A DNA stretch of 64,000 nucleotides, taken from Octopus sinensis (lineage: Eukaryota). Both the position numbers and the translations under genes were made by a program. Shown piece by piece: positions 54,050 to 64,000 of the stretch; positions within the stretch are counted from its first letter, which is position 1, and every line of letters starts with the position of its first letter. The stretch lies in assembly GCF_006345805.1 (NCBI RefSeq), contig NC_043011.1, positions 37,150,464 to 37,214,463 of the forward strand. Reading direction: 5' to 3'. The notes beneath the pieces were generated by a model. It did no database searches. It was given only the letters and a program-made list of their open reading frames with translations, and was not told the origin of the DNA.

Positions 54050-55615
54050 GGTAGAGTAAGAGAAATATACACACCCACAAGCACATATATATGAATGTAT
54101 GTATATGTATATATATACAAAGTGAGAGAGAGGAGAGGGAGAGAGAAGAAGAGAGAGATCATACGAAACATTGCACGAAATCCATGAGCGATAATGTTCC
54201 ACATATTCTTCACGCTTCAGTTGGCATTTCCCTTTAAACATAATCTTCACTGTTACAAATATAAATACGTGAAAATCCTCACTGACGTTTTCAAAATTGA
54301 AAGATTTTCCAAGTGTCAACACAATCAGGAGTAATGATTTGATAAAATAACAACTTTTCATGTTTCCTGCAAATGATGTGTCCGATTCGTTACATATTTT
54401 CGACTGTTCAAGTATCTTTTACTTCTTTGAACCATTTTATATATTTTCTCCCACGGAAAATAGAAAATAAATTATTTATTCGTAGAAATAGCTAATTCAC
54501 GTGAGTATTTGGAAAATTGCGAGTTAGCTCATTAATTTCTTTATATGAAAAATCTAATTCACTACCTTAATGCTATATCTAAAAGAGACTCATAGCGCAT
54601 TAATTTATTCATATAAAAGCCAAAATCACTACTATGACGCTATGTTTAAAATAGAGGGCTAGCACATTATGAAATTTAATGAAAATTTATTATAGAAAAG
54701 ACAGAGTACAACAATATAAAAATGTAATATTATAAATATTCGGTTTTATCAAAGGCTATTTCTTTTAAATGAGTATTTCTGTATTTCCTATTATTAAATT
54801 TACTTACAAATTGTTTAAGATCTTAAAATTATTTATTGAATTATTATTATCATTTCCTTGTAATTTTGAGTTCTTTCTTTCTTTATCTATTTTGTTAAAT
54901 CTCCATTTTATTCAGAAATTCTCTTTACAAGTTTTTTAAATATTATATTCATAGATTTCAATTTAAAATTTCTGAAAAATATAACGACGGTTAACAGAAA
55001 GAGAATTAAAATAAAACAAAAGCATCGCAAACACATTATGTTATATATACCATTTCATTCTTTTATATTATATATATTAATGTTTATTAATGTTCTTTGT
55101 ACTTTTAGATAAAGAATGTAATGGCTTGTAGTCTACACTGTGATGTGTGCATGTTTTTGTGTGAAGTTGTTATGTGCGTATATGTGTGTATGTGTGTATA
55201 TCCCCCTATGCTTACGCATCGTAATGTGTTTCCATGCATTCATACATTTGAATGCTTTTCAGTTTCTCGTAGTGCACTGCAAATCTATCTTTATTTAGAT
55301 ATATACAAATATTCATACAAAAAACATACGCATGTATGTACGTATTTATTTATGTGTAATAAGAATCCGTTGGTGGACTCTGTTGAATACAGGGCGTTGT
55401 TTAGTTGAGAAACTGAGGTATAATAATGATAATGGCTAATTCACCTCTGTAAAATATTAGAAATAAGACACAGGTAAAATATCAATGAAGTTGGTTATAC
55501 ACACACATGCATACACACATATATATACGTATGTGTGTGAATGTGTATGAGTGTGTGCGCACCCACGTATGTGTGTATTTATATACATGTATATGCGTAT
55601 ATATATATATATAAT

Positions 55616-55647
<32 letters not shown>

Positions 55648-56225
55648 GTATGTATGTGTATGTATGTATATATATGTATGTATGTATATATATATGTATG
55701 TATGTATATGTATATATGTATGTATGTATATGTATATATGTATGTAAGCATATATATATATGTGTGTGTGTGTATGTCTGTATGTATATACATACATACG
55801 CATATAAACAAGCGCATACACATACATTTTATTTTAAGCACAGCATATCCTCGAGAGTTATAAAGAAAAATACGTTGATAGGTGTCTGTCTGTCTACCTA
55901 TCTGTCTACCTCTCGTTTCCTCTCTTTCTCTATCTATCTATCTATCTATCTATATATATGTAAGCATGTAAGTGCATATATATTTATGTATATATATATA
56001 TATGTACACACACACACCCCTCCTGGACACTAGACGCGCACATACACACAAGTAATGGTCGAGTGTGGTTTTCGCTGTTTGTACTTATGCGCGGCATCAT
56101 GATTAAACTGTGATTTTGTCGGCGTGGATGGAATTGGTCATAGTCTGTCGAAGGAAGGGATTGCGGCACTGCAAGTGATATTGCTTGTGAAATGGTGAAT
56201 ATTGCTGTGAAAGGTGGTATTGATA

Positions 56226-56843
56226 ACCTTTTCTATTGCAGACACAAGACACAAAATTTGTAGGGTGGCGGCCAGGCGATTAGACCGCCCCCAGTACGCA
56301 ACTAGTAGTTAATTTATGGATCCTGAAAGGATGAAATGCAAAGTCGACCTCCTCAGAATTTGAACTCAGAAAGTAGCGGCAGACGAAATACCTATTTCTT
56401 TACTACCCACAAGGGGCTAAACACAGAGAGGACAAACAAGGACAGACAAGGACAGACAAACGGATTAATTCGATTATATCGTCCTCAGTGCGTAACTGGT
56501 ACTTATTTAATCGACCCCGAAAGGATGAAAGGCAAAGTCGACCTCGGCGGAATTTGAACCCAGAACGTAGCGGCAGACGAAATACCGCTAAGCATTTCGC
56601 CCGGCGTGCTAACGTTTCTTATTTCTTTATTGCCCACAAGGACAAACTAGGAGACAAGGACAGACAAGGCGATTAAGTCGATTACATCGTACCCAGTGCG
56701 TTACTGTTACTTAATTTATCGACTCTGAAAGGATAAAATGCAAAGTCGACCTCGGCGGAATTTGAACCCGGAAAGTAACGGGAGACGAAATACCTCTAAG
56801 CATCTCGCCCGGAGTGCTAACATTTCTGCCTGCTTGCCGCCTT
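56226..56843 (-). mobile_element. SINE family A trimer
   Basis: Three units, showing both junction types. Confidence 0.85.
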
Positions 56844-57291
56844 GAAAGGTGGTTTTGAAATTGGCCCTACGATGCTGCACGGGTTTGTTCATGTTAGTTT
56901 GGACGCTTGCGAGTGTTAGGGAAGGAGGGGGTCATGCTGATTTTGGTACATGGTGCTGCAGGTATCAGGAAGTGTTGGGGAGTGTTGATGATATTTGCAG
57001 AGGCGGCGGTGGTGGTTTCAATTACATTTAGTGGTTGTTTACTAATGGTTGACTTGGCGCTGTTACTGGTGTTGGTTGTGATGTGATTGCTGGTATTGCC
57101 GGTGCAGCAGTTCACGCCGGAGAAACTGTTAAGTGGTATTTCGTTCGTTCTTAGATTCTGAGTTCAAACTCTGATATTGCTTCATCATTTGGGCACCGAT
57201 TAAATAAAGTATCAGATGGAAACTGGGCTTGAGGTAATCAACTAGAACACTTCCCACAAACTACAGGTATTGTGCCTATTATTATTACTAT

Positions 57292-57846
57292 TGAGTGAGA
57301 GAGTAGTTCATGCCATCAAAGTGACACTGGAGTAAAATATACAAAGCCCAATATACCCATCATGACTACCCGTCTGATAAGGGTACACCAGGCACATGCA
57401 TCACAACCATATGTGCGCGATATGGTGATCTCATGTCAAGATAAACAGCACATGACCTTGCAGGTGGGGTCCAGTTAGAATTTTCTTCAGGCTGAGTAGC
57501 CCATCCTACTCAAAAGGTCCCTCAATAAGGATTGTTTAAGGATGTTGAAAGAACAACCCATGTTTCCAGAGTTGAATTATTCAAACCCCAAAGAATCCCT
57601 CTCAACACATGGCTATTATGCTCCCCCACTACATCTGTTCGTGATCAGAGATGCACATATCGTCAGACACTGAGGGACATGTTCAACTGGTTAAGGTCAA
57701 ACAACTGACAAGGAAATCTGTGGTATTGAGCAGAATATTTGCTGTAGCCTATCTTTTATACCAAGACAAAACAATGTACATGATAACACTTCCAATCAAT
57801 TAAGATCAGCAGCCATGAGAGCCACTGCCTGGTACTGCATCAGGGC

Positions 57847-57848
<2 letters not shown>
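57292..57848 (-). mobile_element. ~550-bp (TAA)n-embedded element (copy 3, full length)
   Basis: Homologous to 13431-13980. (TTA)n on both sides. Confidence 0.8.
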
Positions 57849-57888
<40 letters not shown>

Positions 57889-58071
57889 AATTATTAAAAT
57901 TATTATTATTAGTAGTAGTAGTAGTAGTAATAGTAGTAGTAGTAGAAGAAGTAGTAGTAGTAGTTTATTATTATTAGTCTTATTGTTGTTGTTGTTATTA
58001 TCATTATTATTATTATTAGTAGTAGTAGTAGTAGTAGTAGTAATAGTAGTAGTAGTTGCAGCAGCAAAAGC

Positions 58072-58104
<33 letters not shown>

Positions 58105-58107
<3 letters not shown>

Positions 58108-58795
58108 TGGTGAACTTGCAGAATCGTTAGCATACCGGAAATTTTGTATTGCAGCGGCAGTTCTTCCGTTTCATTAAATTTTTAGTTCAAATTCAATTCT
58201 GTCGACTCAGGCTTTTATTCCTTTCGAGGGGTGCAAAATAGAAAGTACGAATTAAGTTCTGGAGTCGATACTAAACACACACACACACACATACACACAC
58301 TTTTTCTCTCTCTTCAAAAACTGCTGGCATTGTGCGAACATTAGAGAAGGCTATTGATGCTAGGTTTTAAGTACGAACTGGGAAACAGGTTAGTACTTCG
58401 GGCAAAATTCTTAGCAGAATTTCTCCCGGCTCTTTACGATCTGTGTTCAAGTTCGGGGTCAACTCTGCATTTCACCCCCTGTTTAGGTTTCATTAAATGC
58501 AGTACCAATTAAGCACTTGGGTCGATGTGATCGATCGAATTTCCCTCTTCTTAAAAATTGCTGGTGTTGTGTCAAAATTATAAAGGATTATTCGTTCTGG
58601 AGTTAAGGCGGTGACCTGTAAAAAGCGCAAAATACTTCGCAAAACTTTTTGCAGTTCGAATTCCGCCTAGATGAACTTCGCAAGTTATCCTTTCAAGGTC
58701 GATGAAATTAAGTACCAGCTGGGCGCTGAGGTTCGATTTAAACGACTAAGGCTTATCCATTAAATTTACTGGCCTTATGCCAGAATTTGAAGTAG
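58105..58795 (+). mobile_element. Three old diverged SINE family A-related copies in series
   Basis: Repeated B-box (gttcaa/gttcga) plus the ...ggtcgat..aagtacca core and a ..aaattgctgg..ttgtg tail. Confidence 0.55.
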
Positions 58796-59559
58796 TTATT
58801 GTCGATGGAGTTTTGGTAATGTTGATGATAACGTTCATAATATTGTTGTGTAGGTGCTGCTGTTTGTAGTGGTGGTCACCGTGGGAGACGCAACCGTGGG
58901 AGACGCAAACTCACACTGCTGGTTGTAGAGTTGTTTGGTGTTGTTGATAATTTTGGAAGTGGTGGTAGATGCAGCATTGACGGAGTTGGTTGTGTCACGT
59001 ATGCTAATTGTGGTACAGGCAGCGCTAGGTGAAGAACGAAGGCAAACAGACGGAAAATAATTAAGTTTTAAGTACGAAAGATAAAAATCTTTCCTTAGCT
59101 TAATGCTGCAAACTAACGCATGTTTCTATTTATATAGAGATAACTGATATTATAGAGAAAATGAAGCAGAGGGATTAGTGTGTGTGTGTGTTTTCGAATA
59201 TTTCTGGGTGAAATCTTATCTGTATATATATTCATTTCTTTGTGTGTGTATATGTATATAAGCATATGAGTATACAATACACACATAAATACATATATAC
59301 ATACAAACAACAAGCATAAAGATGCTCATGCTATATATGGGTGTGTGTAGAGAGAGAGATTTTTTGCATGTGTTCATACGTTTTCCATTGTGTTTTAGTC
59401 TGCGCTCTTTAGGGATTTCGGGCGAATCCGTCCATAATATATGTACACACACACACACACGTATATATATGTGTGTGTGTGTGTGTGTCTGTGTATATCT
59501 ATGTGCATATACATTAATGTATGTCCGTATATATATATATATGAAAATTTGAACTATAT

Positions 59560-59590
<31 letters not shown>

Positions 59591-59820
59591 GTAACGAGGG
59601 AAAACAAATACACACACATAATATATTCATATACGTATATAGATATACATATACATATATATATATATATACATATGCATACATAAATATATATATATAC
59701 AAAATATATGTATACACACATATATATTTATGTATGTTTATATATATATATATGTATATGTATATATATATACGTATATAAATATATATATGTGTGTGTG
59801 TGTTTTCCCTCGTTACATAT

Positions 59821-59854
<34 letters not shown>

Positions 59855-59870
59855 CAGATCAGAGTAAAAA

Positions 59871-59908
59871 CTGTCCGACGAACGGCAACGTGAAACTCAG
59901 AGTAACAG
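59871..59908 (+). ncRNA. Minimal hammerhead motif in a ~90-bp (TA)n-bounded element
   Basis: cugu CCGACGA ACG-gcaa-CGU GAAA CUC-a-GAG UA acag. All three stems pair; core is CCGA instead of CUGA. AATAAA at ~59935. Confidence 0.65.
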
Positions 59909-60098
59909 GTTTTGTTGAATTTTCTGCTGCTTTAAATAAAGTATATATGTATGTATATATATATATATATATACGTATATATATATATGTATACACGCAT
60001 ATATATATTTATGTATGTATGTATGTATATATATATATATATGTATAAATATATTATATACATATATATGTATACACTCACATATATATTTATTTATG

Positions 60099-60151
<53 letters not shown>

Positions 60152-60273
60152 TATATCTATATATACGTATATGAATTATATGTTGTGTGTGTTTTCCCTC
60201 GTTATTTGCGTATTTAACTCGTGTTTTCGTATTTCACGTTGCTTGCTGTGGTGACATCCTTACCCTTATATGC

Positions 60274-60305
<32 letters not shown>

Positions 60306-60902
60306 TATATAATATATATATAAAACACACACGCACCCACACACTCACACACACACAATTATATATATATATATATATATATATAGTAACACGCATACAA
60401 TGTATGCAATATATACATATGATTGCATACATTTGAGAAATAAATTACAAAACGTTATTTCGAACGTTCACATTTCCGAAATTCAAACTTCGTTGAAACC
60501 AGTAACATGATGTAAGGCATTGCGAAATTTCACCTTGAAATAGATTTAAAGCGATTACGTAATTTTCAGTTCTAACTACAACATTTCTCTCTCTTTTTTC
60601 TTTCTAATTGAAACTCAAATGTTTAACACAACCAGAATCATACGCATCAATCACATGCACGCATACGTAGACATTCGTGTGTGTGTACACATATATGTAT
60701 ATCAGAACGTGTGTGTTTGAGTGTCTGTGTGTGTGTGTTAGTGTGTGTGTTTGTGTGTCTGAGTATATTTGAGTGTGTATATATGTTCGTGAAATTAGTC
60801 TAATAGCAATTACGAAACGAACTGTGAAGAGATATTGTCAGTTAAAAATAAGACATATAAACTTTCTTATCACTTTCTCATATTGGTGCGCATGCTTATG
60901 CG

Positions 60903-60945
<43 letters not shown>

Positions 60946-61002
60946 AGCTTGTGTGTGTGTGCTTCTCTGTATGTATATGTACATACATATATGTCCACAT
61001 AT

Positions 61003-61035
<33 letters not shown>

Positions 61036-61557
61036 CATATTTTCATACATAGACACACACATTTAAGTGTGGTATTTGTGTTTATCATTTTGCATTTTGA
61101 GTTTTACTTTTTATTTCTCTTACTTTTAAATGCTTATTGCTATTATTTTATTATCAAATTTTTGCTTCCCATTCGGTATTTAAACAAAGAGCATTAAGTA
61201 TGATTAAACTTAACTATACAAGATTCCAACACGTCGATTGTTTAACGAGATAATCCATCAGTGAGTATTGGTGTTTAAGTGAAAATTTAGAAAGCAGTGT
61301 GGTTAACAATGTTGTCCAAAGAATATAGGGATTTAATCCAACTATTACACATAAAGAACACCGTGTAGTCACCTCACATTCTAGAAATAGCAACGAAATA
61401 TTCAACCAGTATATTTCATGTACTGTTAGATATGTTTTATCATTATCTTAACATTTTTAGATTACTAAATTGGTATGGCTTTTTCTTAATGTTTGAAATT
61501 TATTAATTTATGTGTTTATTTATTCTTGTTGTCGTTGCTGTTGTAACTGTTGTTATT

Positions 61558-61762
61558 TGTTGTCTATAAAGCGAGCTTCCTTAGTACGCTGCTTTACGGC
61601 AGTGAGACGTGGAGCCGCTACCACAGACAGGGACGGCGTCTCAATGACTTTCACCTTCCTAATCTGAGACATCAAGTGTACCGACCACATAACCAACACC
61701 GAAGTTCTCAACCAAGCCAAGATACCCAGCATACGCATCTGGCTCCAGCAGCGCCGTTTGCA
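61558..61762 (+). mobile_element. RTE-clade LINE RT C-terminal fragment
   Basis: VYKASFLSTLLYGSETWSRYHRQGRRLNDFHLPNLR, then after a frameshift ..DHITNTEVLNQAKIPSIRIWLQQRRL. Confidence 0.75.
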
Positions 61763-61766
61763 CTTT

Positions 61767-62007
61767 CTCGTTTCAGTCATTTGACTGCGACCCTGCTGGA
61801 AGCACCACCTTTAGTTGAACAAATCAACCCCAGGACTTATTCTTTGTAATCCTAGTACTTATTCTATCGGTCTCTTTTGCCGAACCGCTAAGTTATGGGG
61901 ACGTAAACACACCAGCATCGATTGTCAAGCAATTTTGGGGGGACAAACACAGACACACAAACGTATACACACACATACATACATACGCACACACACACAC
62001 ACACACG

Positions 62008-62041
<34 letters not shown>

Positions 62042-62212
62042 CGTATATACATCGAGCTTCTTTCAGTTTGCGTCTACCAAATCCACTCACAAGGCTTGGG
62101 TTGGCCCGAGGCTATTGTAGAAGACACTAGCCCGAAGTGCCATGCAGTGGGACTGAACCAGGAACCATGTGGTTCATAAGGAACTACTTACCACATAGCC
62201 ACTCCTACGCCT
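61767..62212 (-). mobile_element. CORE-type SINE family B, full length
   Basis: Same consensus as 18069-18433, including the tRNA-like head. Confidence 0.8.
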
Positions 62213-62942
62213 ATGTATGTAAACGCTACAAATAAACAATTCTGTCGTTAGCTTTTCAGTATTGAATTTATACATTTAAATATTTAATATTTTTATCTAC
62301 GTTCCTTCAGACGGGTCCTTTGTAAATCGTTGCATATTAATAAGCGGATCCTTTTTTTTTATGTTGTGAATCTAGACCATAAACATGGACACTATTTACG
62401 CTGTAGAAAAGAATCTTGTCTCCGATATCAGATTTTATAATTAGAAATCTAATGTGCAATTCAGTTCAATAACAGCTGGATAATTATCAATTGTTTCTGA
62501 ATTTCAAATTATAAATCTGAACAAATGCAACTTGCCTTGCATAATTAGAGAACACTGTGATATTCAATACGCACAGAATGTGGCATGCATAATTATATGC
62601 AATAAATAAATAGATAGATAAAGCCGTACTGTAATTCATATACAGTTTGTTTAATGCAATACGATGTGTCTATAATATCAGTGTTTACAGCATGGAGAAA
62701 AAAAACAACTTCATAACGTACATGTAGGCATAGCTCAAGACTTCTTTCTGAACACTTCGAAGTCAACGGGTAACACGGAAACTTAGGCAAAATGCATATA
62801 TTACGATATTCATAAAACAAAAATTCTGCATATATATTATATGTGTGTGTATGTTTCTGTGTCTGGATGCATGTATGTGCGTTTGTGTGCCTGTGTGTTT
62901 ATATATATACATACCATATGTACATATATACATATATACACA

Positions 62943-63019
<77 letters not shown>

Positions 63020-63023
<4 letters not shown>

Positions 63024-63280
63024 TAATAATGATATAAAAACCAACTTACAGGGAAAAATCAGATTTATGATTGAATCTAATTTTATAGTAAAATATTATA
63101 TTATATTAAATTAGAGATAAAACCACTATTAGGCAAATCATACAATGAAAAACTTAAGCCAATATATCTTTAATAATTTTGTTATATTTTTAAATAATAT
63201 AAATTAATAATCTTATGTATTGGCTTAAGTTTTTCATTGTATGATTTGCCTAATAGTGGTTTTATCTCTATTGAATATAA
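63020..63280 (-). mobile_element. (TA)n-embedded fold-back element with asymmetric tail (copy 2 of 4299-4505)
   Basis: ~50-bp arms tagagataaaaccactattaggcaaatcatacaatgaaaaacttaagccaata and its reverse complement, plus the shared tail. Confidence 0.8.
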
Positions 63281-63291
63281 TATATATATAT

Positions 63292-63339
<48 letters not shown>

Positions 63340-63710
63340 TATTCAGTTATTCATTTTCTTGTTTCAGTAATTTGATGCGGCCATTCTAGAGCACCACATT
63401 TAGTCCAACACATTGAACTCAGGACTTATTCTTTGTAAGCATTGTATTTATTCTATCCGTCTCTTTTGCGGAACCGCTTTATTACGGGGACGAAAACACC
63501 ACCAACCTCGGTTGTCAAGCGATGGTAAGGGACAAGCACGCGCACACACACACATACACACACACACACACAAATATATACATGGTATTTATAGAATGTT
63601 AAACACTTTCGGTATGTAAATTAGGGACTCCTTCGGAGAGTAATTGCTGCATTTGTTGAGTATATAAACCGTTTGTCTGCTTGTTTCTCTGGAGACTGTC
63701 AAAATGATGT

Positions 63711-63762
63711 GGACGCCTCTGATGAAAACCTAAGAAGGTTCGAAAATCGATTCAGGTTGTTC
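63711..63762 (+). ncRNA. Minimal type-I hammerhead ribozyme motif
   Basis: ggacgccu CUGAUGA a AACC-uaagaa-GGUU c GAAA aucgau UC agguuguuc. Core intact, stems I and II pair, palindromic stem III. TATA-like tatataaa lies ~50 nt upstream. Confidence 0.75.
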
Positions 63763-63829
63763 ATCATCTTTTTCGGTTTGCAGGGAAATGGCAAACATTT
63801 TCCCGGTTTAAAATTATACCATATGTTAC

Positions 63830-63877
<48 letters not shown>

Positions 63878-64000
63878 AAAAAATACAAACTGGGACAAAA
63901 ACATTTAGAAGACGATACAAAAAACACGGACGGGACATTCGAAGCCTTCAATCTTCAGTCAAGAACCGGATCATCCTCGCAATTTCGGCTGATTAATCTT

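Overview
AT-rich, microsatellite-saturated eukaryotic DNA, most likely non-coding (intronic or intergenic) sequence from an octopus-type cephalopod genome. The taxon is inferred from the SINE types and the extreme (TA)n/(TATC)n/(TAA)n load, not from a database search. No intact protein-coding gene is supportable, and almost all supplied ORFs are translated microsatellites. The window holds many tRNA-derived SINEs, some in head-to-tail multimers, and decayed retroelements: Penelope-like GIY-YIG, CRE-like, R4/Dong-like and RTE. It also holds Tc1/mariner, hAT, piggyBac and Helitron remnants, two local tandem duplications (861 bp and 1725 bp), a near-perfect ~706-bp palindrome and a decayed leucine-rich-repeat pseudogene at ~40.9-42.2 kb. 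The most interesting signal is a population of short non-coding elements lodged in (TA)n tracts. Some carry minimal type-I hammerhead ribozyme motifs (6 loci, 5 distinct sequences) and others have asymmetric fold-back ends. A second, (TAA)n-targeting set pairs R4/Dong-like LINE 3' ends with a ~550-bp non-autonomous element.
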